Of a stretch of DNA of 64,000 bases, positions 36,395 to 49,350 are shown one piece after another. Origin of the DNA: Macrostomum lignano (Eukaryota); assembly GCA_002269645.1 (NCBI GenBank), contig NIVC01001557.1, positions 1 to 64,000 of the forward strand. The letters run 5' to 3'. The notes under the pieces were generated by a model, which saw only the letters and a program-made list of their open reading frames with translations, searched no databases and had not been told where the DNA came from. The translations under genes and the position numbers were made by a program. How positions within the stretch are numbered: the first letter of the stretch is position 1; each line of letters begins with the position of its first letter.

Positions 36395-37271
36395 TTTTAA
36401 AAATGACGCAGGTGCTTTTTGTAGAAAGATGAAAGTCTAAATTAATACTGGGAAATTGGTAGGGGGTTCAGGAAGATGCACGCACTGACCCCTCGAGTCA
36501 GCGTTTGACTGAGGAGCAACACACCTGTTAGGACCTGATTTACGTTTATTCTAATCTTTATAAATTTATGAGTGTTGACTCCGCTCTCAGTCTCAAACTG
36601 CCACCCTATGAGAAGCTGTTTTCCACAGTTCTTAAACAGTTCTCAAAACTGATCCACTGACCCACCGCTCGCTGTACACAGCAGGTAAGAAAAACTACCT
36701 GCCACCGAGCGAGTTCTCAAACCTCTCTGCCCAAGCGTTCGTCTTTATTATTTCAAACCAAATAATAGGATGGAAAGAAACGGTCTTCAAAGTGAGCGGC
36801 CGAAATAACAAAGTTCGACATTGAATTCGCTGACCTACCAGAGGCTACCAACCACGAGTAGCTTTGTACGAGCTACATAGCTTTGAGCACAGTAGCGCAA
36901 CGAAGTACTCAATAGTTTATTACTATTATTATTGTTCTTATAACTTTCCCGTCTGTCGCCCAATTAGATTTAAGCTCGGTAAAGGTAGAGAAGAGTACTG
37001 AGGTAGTAACTGGGGCAGGTACACACAGCTGCACACACACCCTTGCCGTCCGTGGGTGCGCACACAGGGTGAGTCCAGTCCAGGGACACCTGTATAGCAC
37101 AGCGCAGCTTTCGTTTGTATTTTCTACAGTTGTGGATAGCACACAATTAGCATTAATAAACACCGCGGCATTTGCTTATTTTACTAAATAAAATTTTGCT
37201 TATTTCCTGAGAAACAGATTTTCACATCTTGAGTCTTAGTGAAATAGAATAATACAAAATATAATATTTAC

Positions 37272-37287
37272 CTCTCATCTGCCTGTT
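37272..37287 (-). CDS. Candidate 16-nt micro-exon (NRQMR|D) upstream of CH1
   Basis: Polypyrimidine tract, branch-like CTAAC and TAG acceptor, then AACAGGCAGATGAGAG|GTAAAT; phase 0 in, phase 1 out. Confidence 0.4.
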
Positions 37288-37534
37288 CTATGAAACAGTT
37301 AGAAATTCAGTAAAGAAAAATGCCGCTTGTTTAACAGCAGATTTTATCTAATCTGCACCACACCCAGCAATGAACTCCCGTATGCTAGACGGCGTAGCAC
37401 TGTACTGAGTGAGTTTCCGTACTGGGTTCCCATACCTGTAGCACCGGACTCCGTTAGCCAATAGATTCATCCATACTAAGATATGCGCTCAACATGTTTA
37501 CAATCTAAACGAATTTCCTCTACTGAGCTCTCAC

Positions 37535-38078
37535 ATCGATAAATAACGATGGCGGCATCCATTAAATCTGTGATGTCCTGCGGCTCCTCCGGCAGGCCCG
37601 CTCGATTCAAAACATCGCGCGGCGAAGGCCAGCTAACCTGACGGCGGCTTCTTGGCTCTATCAAGGATGTTTCCTCGGCAGTGTCTACCTGCTGCCTTAC
37701 TAAGGAGTTGCTGGATTGCTTTCTGGTGGAATTCGACAAATGAGACTTGAATTGCCACGGGATCAAGGAACCCTCGGGCACATCCTCGGACTGGTAGATT
37801 GGATTGTACTTCACCTTGAGCGCGCCTAGTCTAGGACGGCTCGATGACACTTCTTGGCCATCGATATCGTCAGGATGTTCAAAATCAGCAGCCTCTGTAA
37901 CCTCCGTAGTGCTGAACGCCTCAAGCCACCTGGCCCGGTGCAACACCAAGTTGTCACTCAACTCGTTGATTGGCAACAATAGCAGCTCATTCTCCTCCTC
38001 AGGTTGCGAAATTCGGTCGTTGATTTCGTAGAAAGCCGGAAAGTTGACGCCATCCGGGTCGGGCTCTTGAGTAGCCAT
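37535..38078 (-). CDS. SYNE1: Nesprin-like gene, candidate long acidic alternative first exon D (MATQEPDPD...KYNPIY...DAAIVIYR|Y)
   Basis: 200-aa non-repetitive ORF 37476-38078; phase-1 donor TAT CGA T|GTGAGA at 37535/37534; 544 nt = 181 codons+1. Confidence 0.6.
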
Positions 38079-40164
38079 GCCTTTGAGTCCTCAGCCTCTG
38101 AGGCACGAGGGTCTTTCTCTATACTCAAACCAAGTTTAAATTAGAAATTTTGTATCTACACAGCCTCTTTTAGCGTATTTTATCGCGGTGGCATTGGAGC
38201 TAGGAGCCAGGTCCTAATTAATAATTTAACCTAAACAGCTCGTATAGCTGAGCCATGCAAGTAGATCGCTTCTGAGACGACTCAGAGCAGTTTCGCTGTA
38301 CAATCTTCAATGACCCACTGTGTACTTGCATTGCGCCAATCTCAAAACCTTCCTGTTTGAGCAGCTTACCTTCCGGAATGGGTTGTCCTCTAGCATAATA
38401 TCTGCCATTCTTTGCCAGTAAATCCAGCATTGCACCTACGACATCTCTCGATGGGGCAAAGAAATGGAACCTATTGCAATTTGCTCCAGTAACCTTGGAT
38501 TTCAGTGTGTTCAACTGCGAATTCTTTAACACTGACGAACAAGAGTCAAGGCTGAGCCAGTCGCATTGTACTTATATGTAAACGCATATCTTATCTCTAA
38601 GTCAAAGATAGTTATGACTAAGCTTGAATTATGCTAATTTTGTGTAACTTGTCTTCTGGTGCACGGGGCAGATTGCTACGGACGATACAGAGCTGAGGCA
38701 ACTGGCGTCCGAGCTCTTATAGTGGAGGCTTTGGCAGTACTTAAAACTCCGCGTTCCCAAGGTAAGCCCGCATAGGTAACTATAAACTTGGATAGGTAAT
38801 AACTGGGATTGCTCAGGTCAAGAGAGCGCATTGGGGGGGGGGGAAGACATTTCTATTCGATGGCATTTTTGCCAGACAAAATGGCGAAAGAGTCAATCTC
38901 TGGCCGGCCCGGCGCGTATTTATAGCAGCAGAGCAAGGCTAAAGTCAACATTGAGCTCACCATTTTATTCAGAGTTATTGACATACTCATAACTTATTGA
39001 GCGCGGCAAAGATTATAAATACTAGCGGGAGAGGTAATGAGTGAAATCAGAAAGAACTGCCTGCAATTTTAAACCTACGTTGGTCAATTCGTTGTTCTGT
39101 AGATCAAGCATTGACATGCAGATAGTGAATTACGATGAGAGAAATGGAAGAGAAATGAAAAATATGCAAATTATTCTACTGCAAGTAGACAGCTCTGAGT
39201 AAGGATTATAAGGAATTTACCTACATAATTCATCCTTTATCAAAGAAAACGCAAAAAAACTATGGGGAAAATTTTATATTCTAAAAGCACTCATTTGTGC
39301 TTTCCATAATTTCTGCACTATAATTGAACAATTAGGAAAAAATTTTCAAAATGCGCAAAGCCTCAAATTGGCCCCGGCAGAAGAAAGATCCATCACGAAG
39401 GCACCGCGTAATCCCACTTTATCATCCAAAGGAGTCAGGAAGTTCAACAATCGGAGAGGTTCAGGTTCAAGAAACACTCCGGAACCTCTAGCTGAATAAT
39501 AACTCAGACTTTTGCATGCCATGCAGAAACACGACTCAAAGTTCCCGGGGTAGGGGGTAGGGCAGAGTTTTTTCAAGTTTGAGAAGTTCAAGCACCTGGT
39601 CTGGCCTTTCTTTCTGTTAGAAAATGGAGCGCCGACATTTCTGGTGTCCCGCGCAGCCTCCAGAGATGCAGTTGATTAACATGCCACTAGAGGAGAACCC
39701 AGTGGCCATAGGCAAGTCAGTAACAATGCTGCTTGTATGTCCTGCGTTGCCTTATCCCCACACATCGACCCGGCTACTTACTGAGCGCACAAAGGCGGTT
39801 TTCCAGCATATAGAAACGGCTGAGTGTTTGCCAACTCTATCTATATTAATACTTCATGCATGAGGAGGAGCCATAGATGGATCCGTGAGTTGAGTAGCAG
39901 CAGCTATTGTTGTTGAACTGGCGCTTTGCTTCGCCCACCCCTGTTCGGAAAAACACGCAACTGAAAATTCCCATTTCACGCTTCTCCCGCTCTCACCTTC
40001 ACTCGCTCACTCACTCACTCACTTGCTACCTGAGTGAACCATCCTGCATGCATGCGCCCGAGGTGAATTTAAACAATTGATGCCTTCGGATGCTTGCCTA
40101 TATGGTTAATAGTTTGGCTATCGTCAATGTACTTCTACAATGTACTTTTGACTACATTGACTAC

Positions 40165-40340
40165 AGAGATCATGAGACATTTAGAATTGGGATCTAAATG
40201 GGATCATGAGACATTCAGAATTAGGATCTAAATGGGATCAGTAGACATTTAGAAGTTGGATCTAAATGGGATCATGAGACATTCAGAATTTGGATCTAAA
40301 TAGGATAATGAGACATTCAGAATTTGGGATCTGGATGGGA
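40165..40340. repeat. ~34-bp tandem repeat (GATCATGAGACATTCAGAATT-GGATCTAAATGG)
   Basis: About 5 degenerate units. Confidence 0.8.
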
Positions 40341-40869
40341 CTAGAATTAGCTAGCTATTGGGATTTCAATAGGATTTCGTTTATTCTCTCAAAACTATCC
40401 TCAGAAAATTTTATAACGGCACCATAAATGTAATAAAGTTTACAAGGCAAATTTAAGCCTTCTCAATCTGGTCACAAAATAGCCTTGGGAAACTTATTGA
40501 ACTAACCCAGCACCTGCAAGACCTGTAACAGTGACCCGGTAGCAATAAACCAGTACAATGCGACTCATAATGCAAGCCAATTTTCCACTTTGCCTGCACT
40601 GCACTGACTACTCACTCAAATTGCTACTTGAAAAAAAACTTCATCATCTCAACACGCTTGCAGAGTTGTTAGCTTAATGACTGAAATAACAGAATTTGCT
40701 ACTTGAGAATTGCCCACAAAGGCAGAGCTGTACTGCCCTAGCAACACATGGGTTAGAGAGAAAATCAGTTTTCCAAAGTAAAATCTGATGATGCATGAAG
40801 CCACCAACTTAAGTTGTCGGCGATATTAAAATTCTGACTTAACTGCACCGACATGGAAAATATGACTTT

Positions 40870-41160
40870 GAGGACCTATGACCTTGAACTTGAGGAACCA
40901 TAGAATCCAGTGACCCTACAAGAAATGACCTCGAAGACCTATGACCTTGAACTTGGGGGACCATAGAATACAGTGATTCTACAAGAAATGACCTTGCCGA
41001 TCTATGACCTTGAACTTGGGGAATCATAGAATACAGTGATTTTATAAAAACTGACCTTAAGGACCTATGACCTTGAACTTGGGGGACCATAAAATCCAGT
41101 GACCCTACAAGAAATGACCTTGAAGATCGATGACCTTGAACTTGGGAAACCATAGAACCC
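40870..41160. repeat. 60-bp tandem repeat just 3' of candidate first exon C
   Basis: About 5 units GACCTTGAACTTGGGG... Confidence 0.88.
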
Positions 41161-41176
41161 AGAAGCCGGTACTCAC

Positions 41177-41279
41177 CTCTGTAGAACAATGCCCTCGACT
41201 CAATTTCTGACCTTCGTTTGTCAATACGCCGCCGACCTCCTGAACTGTCATCTGACGATTCGCGTCTTATCCAACTCAT
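41177..41279 (-). CDS. SYNE1: Nesprin-like gene, candidate alternative first coding exon C (MSWIRRESS...ESRALFYR|D)
   Basis: ATG at 41279; 103 nt, phase 1; ends TAC AGA G|GTGAGT, followed soon after by an intronic 60-bp minisatellite. Confidence 0.7.
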
Positions 41280-42569
41280 GTTCTAGCTGTTCTTCAATAT
41301 ACACCTGCTTGCTGAATCTTAATCTTGTACGTAAATTACTTTAACATTCAAAGCTTTCATTCTGTCAATTAATTCTGCGATGACGTCTCTTGCTGTGAGG
41401 GGTTCCAGCGCTTCAAGTCAGTCTGAGCTATATAACGCAATGGCGCAGTGCAAAAAAAACTTTTTCAAGACTTTTCTTTTTATTTAAGTGAGCGGGAGGA
41501 GGGAGGGAGAGAGAATCGACAGGAAATGGTGGCCGCCGCAATTGGAGGGCCGGGTTGCTGAGCAAGTTTCTGGGGGGCGAAGTGAAAGACCAATAGGGTG
41601 GACCTCTAAACTGTTCTCGATCTTACTTATCTTAAATCAGAGAAATTCTAAGAAATGTAAGGCGCAGCAGCGAGCCGGACTTCCTGCTCTCTGTCTTCTC
41701 ACTCAGTGCTCGGGATTTATTGGTGAGGCAAATTTGGGACGAGGAAATCTACAATATAAAAAAAATTCTATTTTTGGGCGTTCCTGCGCTTGTCTGTCCG
41801 TGTCTGTCTTGCGTTTATACCAGCCTGCCACAAGGGAAATGAAACGATGTAAAAATTGTATAGAAATTGCAAAACCCGCGGTGTACGGTGTGCGCAAATT
41901 CCTGAGATAGTTGCTAAGCTGAGCCCACGTGCGGGTGGGTGAGCGATAGGCCAGTTAAAAAAGGTGGGAGGTAGAGAAGCACAGGACTTAGGATTTTGAA
42001 TCACTATAGCTGGGTTGGTTGCCGAGGGGGTGGAGTTTTGAGTACATTTCCCCTCTGCACTGCCTATCCATGAGTTGCCACAGAGAAGAGTAGCAACTGC
42101 TCATGGCTGTATCTGGGCAACACCCACCCCCGCTCCTCCAAGGTCTTTCCTTCCTCAATGCAAGCCAGGAAAATGGGAACGCATCGGGGTTTAGCTCCCA
42201 GCAACTGCATGACAGATAACCTCCCCGTGCCCCTCCCCGCACACAGAAGTACTCGTACGGAAATGGAATTGGGGACTGCAAGTCACCTGGGAGGTAAGGG
42301 AAGAGCTCATATATACCTTTGGCGAGCCGCTCCTAATTTCTCCTCCTCTCTCAGCTGACGCGTCCACCCCTGCATGCCCCGCCCCGTCCATTTCCGTGAA
42401 TGAGGTCATACTTAGGTCTCGTATAGGTATATATAGTGCTATACTCTGCACCGCTCACTGTGCGGATAATTGCTCGCCTTTCTCCGATTCGTTTACCTGC
42501 CGGGCTGATAAAGAATGAGAAATCCTATTTTATTTTTTATTACTCGTATGTCGAAATCAATGTCCGGCT

Positions 42570-42615
42570 AACTGACTAACTAACTAACTAGCTAACTAAC
42601 TAACTACCTCCCTAC

Positions 42616-42650
<35 letters not shown>

Positions 42651-42771
42651 CCTACCTACCTACCTACCTAACTAACTAACTAACTACCTACCTACCTACC
42701 TAACTAACTAACTAACTACCTACCTACCTACCTAACTAACTAACTAACTACCTACCTACCTACCTACCTAC

Positions 42772-42806
<35 letters not shown>

Positions 42807-42815
42807 CCTACCTAC

Positions 42816-42854
<39 letters not shown>

Positions 42855-42951
42855 CCTAACTAACTAACTAACTACCTCCCTACCTAACTAACTAACTAAC
42901 TAACTACCTACCTACCTACCTACCTAACTAACTAACTAACTAACTACCTAC

Positions 42952-43010
<59 letters not shown>

Positions 43011-43011
43011 G

Positions 43012-43063
<52 letters not shown>

Positions 43064-43064
43064 T

Positions 43065-43100
<36 letters not shown>
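42570..43100. repeat. (CTAA)n/(CTAC)n microsatellite
   Basis: Visible in the sequence. Confidence 0.97.
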
Positions 43101-43103
<3 letters not shown>

Positions 43104-43639
43104 ATAGCTATAACCAACCAACGCTCATTCAATAAATAAAGTATTTAAGAAATAATAACACAAAACGCATCAAAATGCGTTACCTGTCAATCACTAAACA
43201 AAAAGTTTTCATACCATTTTACAAAAGAGAAAGTTCAGCAATGTTCCATATGTAACTCGAAATTGAGCCTAAGCTAGCACAATTCCGTAGTTCATGTGAA
43301 GGCATAATGAATCTGAAGCAACTCAAGTGGTTCGCAAGTGGTCAGAGGGTGTCAATTAATTAAATCACACCCTGACTAAGAATTGCAGTCACACCCCCGA
43401 CTATCTTTCTTCTAATAACTAACTTCAATTTGTTCTATTGTTCGAGTTTTTAGCACTGGTTTGGCCTCAGAAAGTTGAGAGTAATATTTTGATATATATG
43501 AGTTTAAGCATACACGAGTAGAATAGCATTTTTTTTGTTAGTGGCAGTGTGGGGCTATGGCCTATGACCGTTTATGATGGTGGGTAACTAAGTGCTTTAA
43601 GTACTCTTCATACGGTAAAAGTAACTGCACTCCCGCATA

Positions 43640-44360
43640 CCAATCTTGGCACTCCTAGCTCGTCTATCTTGGCATTCCTAGCTCGCCTATCTTGGCACTC
43701 CTAGCTCGCCTATCTTGGCACTCCTAGCTCGCCTATCTTGGCACTCCTAGCTCGCCTATCTTGGCACTCCTAGCTCGCCTATCTTGGCACTCCTAGCTTG
43801 CCTATCTTGGCACTCCTAGCTCGCCTATCTTGGCACTCCTAGCTCGCCTATCTTGGCACTCCTAGCTCGCCTATCTTGGCACTCCTAGCTCGCCTATCTT
43901 GGCACTCCTAGCTCGCCTATCTTGGCACTCCTAGCTTGCCTATCTTGGCACTCCTAGCTCGCCTATCTTGGCACTCCTCGCATGATTATCTTGGCACTCT
44001 TAGCTCGCCTATCTTGGCACTCTCCGCATGCCTATCTTGGAACTCCTTGAATGCCTATCTTGGCACTCCTCACATGCCTATCTTGGTACTCCTCGCATGT
44101 CTATCTTGGCACTCCTCGCTCGCTTATCTTGGACTCGACACTCCTAGCTTGCTTTTCTTGGATTTCTCGCACGCCGATTTTGGCACTCCACGCATGTCTA
44201 TTTTGGCACTCTGCACACATCTATCTTGGCACTCTGCACACATCTATCTTGGCACTCTGTACACATCTATCTTGGCATTCCTTGCACACGCCTATATCTT
44301 GGCACTCTGCACACACTTATCTTGGCACTTTTCGCTCGCCTAATCTTGGCACTCCTCGCT
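43640..44360. repeat. 23-bp minisatellite (TATCTTGGCACTCCTAGCTCGCC), decaying rightwards
   Basis: Tandem copies. Confidence 0.93.
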
Positions 44361-45541
44361 CTTCTTGACACAAAACTGTTGGTAAAAAAGACGAAAAAAT
44401 AGAACAGTTTCTGGTCTTGTTTGCCAGTGCTTCAGTTGTTTCTATAAATAGATGTCTTAGACAGATGACGGAGCAGACATTGATGGATGGATGAGCACTA
44501 CTCCACTACAGTCTTCAGCAAATTCAAAGCATTTCTGCAATTCTGGCAGTCTGAGAAGACAAACAGCTGCAGAGTCAAAGAAGTTAAAAAACTCCAAAAA
44601 AGAATGACAAGGAACTGAAATGCATAGACATCCGGCTTTGCCCTCAACTCAATGGCTAAAGGTTTTTTCATCCAGCCTCAAGCAACGAGTGCGCGTTAAA
44701 AGCTTCTTTAAATACGCACTCCTTAGTCCTAGAGTCCCATTGTCCCTCGCACAGCAGTGTTACAGCACATAAACAATGAGCTATGCATTTGCAATATATT
44801 CAAGGTTAGGTATTTCCCGATACAGCCTATACAGAAGTGTGAGACTGTGAGTGAGTGAATGGGAGCGATCCTGAGTCCCTCCCTTATCATCGCTCCGATG
44901 TCATTCCCAGAGCACTCTCTAGGAGAATTTTGTAAAGCTCTTTATTGTCTAAGCTAAATATGGTTCATCAAACAATCCCTTGCGAACAATCAGAAAGTGA
45001 GCGAAATTCTCGATTTGCGCTACTGATAGTAAAAATGCGAGAAAACTTCGACAAAAAATTGTAACGAAAAAAAAAACACTGCTTTAATTGCGGGGAGACG
45101 GCGTTAAGCTTCTTTGACTTTAATTTTTACTCGAAGGGAAAACCCTTTGATATATAGCACGTGATCAATAATAATCATCAGTTTTGGCACCAATTCAAAT
45201 TGTTTTTTGGTCATCATAAGATCAGTAGATGTTAATTTACGCTTGTAAGTCTACGCATAAGCCATAAGGCATTAAGGTAATAGGTATATGAATTCCTTAG
45301 ATAGTACTCTGAATTCAAATCAATACATAAACTAAAGCCAAAACGAAAATTATATCAAAAACTCGTTAATAATCTTCAAGTAAATTAATTTGAGTCAGCT
45401 GTCTCAGCCTGTGTTTGCACACAAAGTATCGTCACGAATGAATTATTGTACTTTTGCCTCTGGATTTTCTGTACCTATTCAATATAAATAAATAATAAAT
45501 AAATAATTGTACAATTACAAAGCTATATTATAAAGCCTTAC

Positions 45542-45575
45542 CTCTCAATCGGTGATACGCCACTGATACGCTCAT
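45542..45575 (-). CDS. SYNE1: Nesprin-like gene, candidate alternative first coding exon B (MSVSVAYHRLR|D)
   Basis: ATG AGC GTA TCA GTG GCG TAT CAC CGA TTG AGA G|GTAAGG; 34 nt, phase 1; same TTGAGAG|GTAAG end as exon A; too short for the ORF track. Confidence 0.6.
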
Positions 45576-47714
45576 ATCATTAATTGGTTTAGCCCAGAAG
45601 GTCAATATAAAAATAAATCAGTCCAGGAGAAATAGTAACGGTAAACCATGGTCAGAGTTCGTCAAGTGTCGTCTGTGTTGATGGTCAGGAAAAAAATAGA
45701 GTTCCACCTCGAAACGTAGTTGCAATAATTAAAAATAACTTAATTGGCCAATTTAAATGCTCATGCGCAGATTCAGTTCAGGATTTAATTTTAAGCATTT
45801 AATTTAAGCAAATAAGAAGCTAAGAGGTAAAGATTACCAACTCATAAGCCAGCTAAGTGCAATAGGAAGTAGCTAAGAAAACTTCGTCTCAGGTCAGGAA
45901 GTTGAAGAAGCAAGTTAAAATGCAGATTGGTTTCAAAGTAGCAAGGTCGAGTGTACTTGTAAAAAAGTAAACAATCTATATAAATTAATCAATTGTTTGC
46001 TCGCTGCTAAATAACAAAAAACACCCTGACTCTCCTCTTAATTCAGCACTGTTTTGGAATAAATTCAGTAAGAGTTTGTTGGTTGCACGCCTAATATTAT
46101 ATTATAGGTTGGTTGGTCCGGGGTTTGTGTTGCAGTTTCAGTTCAAGTTCAGTTGTATAGCCCAGGGGGGGACAGCTTTGAGGAGGCGGGGTGGGGTGGT
46201 TGGTCTGGGGGGCGCCGTCTCTCGCATATAATTTCACATTACTAAACACGCACAGCGGGGGGAGCCCAATCGGTTTACAGGCCTTTCCTTATTCTGAACT
46301 GAAGCCCTATTACTTTTTTTTTAAACCGATTTGGGGGACTTGGTGAGGAGACCAAGCCCCCCCCTCCTCCAATACGTGCGTAGGAAATAAGGGTTTGTTC
46401 GGGGGTTTCGGAATTGGGGGTGGACTGTTGGGGAAAAGCCCTGAACCCTCCCCAAGAGAAAGTCAATGTAGATACTATAAACGGTTCTTTATTATTAGGT
46501 AGGGCCCTATTTTTAAATGTACATACGAAATCAGTAGATAAAGTACGGAAAACATTACACGTTACGGTAATGCGCTTTTTTGTGGGGCTGGAGTGCCAAA
46601 CTTTGCCAAAATTTGCCAAACATGAGGAAAAGCTCGTAGAAAATCCCTATAAATTTCGGAATATGAGGAATACGTTTGATTGATAAGGTTGTATTCTTAT
46701 CGGCGTAGGGAAGGGCTAATAATAGGTTTTCATGATTCGTTCTTTATTCCGGTCCGGGGGGGGGGGGCTTGAGTGAACTCAATACTCAAGCATAGGCTTC
46801 CAGTAAACTGTCTTTGTCAATTTCCTACTTAAGGACAACGCTTTGTAGGAACTCAAGGTCAAGGTCGGATTTAGGGTTGCGACTTGTGGAGGTGGGTCAC
46901 AGTTTCAGAACAAAGTGCTTTCAAGAGTAGTGTGGAGTGAGTCGTGACTCAATAGAGTCAATATTACGACGTAAAGCTCCACTCAAGCCCGCTTAAATAA
47001 ATGCGATTCTCCCACGGCCAACCCATCCAGCTTCTACTGTAGAATAGAACTGCTTGGGAGCCAATTCGCATTGTACTAGCTATTTTAGCGCATAAATTAT
47101 GTTTACGCGAAAAATAAGCGCTGGACATGTACAGGACTATAGAATCCGTCTTCTTGCCATGCGCATGAGATTTCCAGTCTGATAATAGCATAGGTGTTCC
47201 GAAATTTAGTTTAGCTTTTCGCTTTTACTATTTAAACAGTTTAACAAGTCAATCAACATTATTTTAAGTCAGGTATTAACTATGAATTTGAATTGAGGGG
47301 TTTTGATCATGGCTACAGTTAAAAGTTAAATATTTAAAAAAATAATATGTTAAGCCGATACTCGCTACTACCTAACCAGTAGTCCCATGTAGTACGAGCA
47401 ATGTACGTATTAGAGAATTGTAAACCATGCATGAGTCAGCTGTTTTTGGGAGTCTCGATCTCTTTACACGTGTGTGTAAAATTGACAGTTAATGTATATT
47501 ACGCAGTACCTGTACTACCCAGTATACCCGCATATATCCCAGATACATGTACTGTAAATGCAAAGTACAGGTTGATCAGGTAACAGTTCAGTTGTACATG
47601 ATTTGTCCAGAGCACATTACATTTACAGTTTCAGTAAAGTACATCAGGTCACAGTACACTACCCGAATACAGGACAAGTACATGTGTACCTGTACAGGAT
47701 TGCCTAATACATTA

Positions 47715-48160
47715 CATGATTACCCAAACACAGTACAGGATTACCCAAACACAGTACAGGATTACCCAAACACAGTACAGGATTACCCAAACATAGTACA
47801 GGATTACCCAAACACAGTACAGGATTACCCAAACACAATACAGGATTACCCAAACACAGTACAGGATTACCCAAACACAGTACAGGATTACCCAAACACA
47901 GTACAGGATTACGCAAACACAGTACAGGATTACCCAAACACAGTACAGGATTACCCAAACATAGTACAGGATTACCCAAACACAGTACAGGATTACCCAA
48001 ACACAGTACAGGATTACCCAAACACAGTACAGGATTACCCAAACACAGTACAGGATTACCCAAACACAGTACAGGATTACCCAAACACAGTACAGGATTA
48101 CCCAAACACAGTACAGGATTACCCAAACACAGTACAGGATTACCCAAACACAGTACAGGA
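47715..48160. repeat. 21-bp minisatellite (GGATTACCCAAACACAGTACA) just 3' of candidate first exon A
   Basis: About 21 near-perfect units. Confidence 0.96.
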
Positions 48161-48201
48161 TGAAATCGCATCCAAAAGCTGCCAAGGATCGGGCGACTTA
48201 C

Positions 48202-48379
48202 CTCTCAAACTGGCCGTCTTTCCGCCAACACCCCTAGCAGACGATAGCAACTGAGGACCCGGTCCCGCGCTACTTGTTGCAGCATTGCTGCCGGCGCTGC
48301 TGCTACTAGGAGAAGCGCCAGTTGTTGTTGGCTTCAAACTGAATCGCCTGATATTGCTGCTGCCGCTGTTGGATGCCAT
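48202..48379 (-). CDS. SYNE1: Nesprin-like gene, candidate alternative first coding exon A (MASNSGSS...GGKTASLR|D)
   Basis: ATG at 48379; 178 nt = 59 codons+1; ends TTG AGA G|GTAAGT (consensus donor); phase 1 matches the CH1 exon acceptor at 35569. Confidence 0.7.
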
Positions 48380-48919
48380 CAATGAAAACTACCGATACCA
48401 GCTGTACTCAGGCAGCATAAATAATGATTAATAATTCCATAAATTCTACATTCAAAGATTTAAAAAATGACACGACAGCACTGGCACAGATTTATAAACA
48501 ATTTGCTCAAAACACTCTCTCCCTTCTCTTCTTTTCGGCTTTCTAATATAGCCTGTGCCAATATATGAGCAGATTTTGAGAGCCTCACAAAAAGAAGAAG
48601 AAGAGTCTTGTCTTTTGCACAGCCGGTTTATATCGTCTGCGTTGCCTTGCATTGCTGCTTTGTCGAAGCCACTTCTGCTAATTGTGTAATTAGATAAATA
48701 TGCCCACATGATGGGGCAAAATGGCCATGCAGAAAGGGCTGCATATGCTGAATGAACAACCAGCAGTTCAAACAGAGAGCAGCCAGAGCTCTGATGAGAG
48801 AGAGAGTTAGAAATGAAAGTTTATCAGCTGTGCTAAACTCCAATTCGGATTCATATTCTCTTGAGTAAGAGTATGCACGGGCTGCTGAGTTGCACTGGGT
48901 GAGTCTGCTTGAGCACACA

Positions 48920-49350
48920 CACACATGCATCAAATATTACCTACACACACATAAAACACAAGTTAACACATCCCACAATCACACATGTCAAACACACAGA
49001 CACATCACACACATCATACACACAGACACATCACACACATCATACGCACAGACACATCACACACATCATACACACAGACACATCACACACATCATACACA
49101 ACAGACACATCAAACACACATCATACACAACAGCCACATTGCACACATCAAACACAACAGACACATCACACACATCATACTCACACACACATCATACACA
49201 GCAGACACATCACACACATCATACACACAGCCACATCGCACACATCATACACAATAGACAAATCACACACATAATACACAACAGACACATCACACACACA
49301 CTCACACACATCATACACATACAGTCACACACATACACATTACTCATTAC
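48920..49350. repeat. CA-rich degenerate repeat
   Basis: CACACACATCATACACACAGACACAT units. Confidence 0.88.

Noticed and set aside
38370-38430. Further candidate first exons (MLDLLAK...PIPE G|GTAAGC; also MNYV G|GTAAAT at 39221-39233)
   Set aside because: Correct phase, but they lack the shared terminal Arg and are short enough to be chance; not called without RNA data
47547-48254. ORF with (QDYPNTV)n, and similar repeat ORFs at 33.6k, 49k, 54.6-55.7k, 56.3-57.1k, 57.7k, 60.7k and 8.7-9.1k
   Set aside because: Artefacts of tandem or microsatellite repeats
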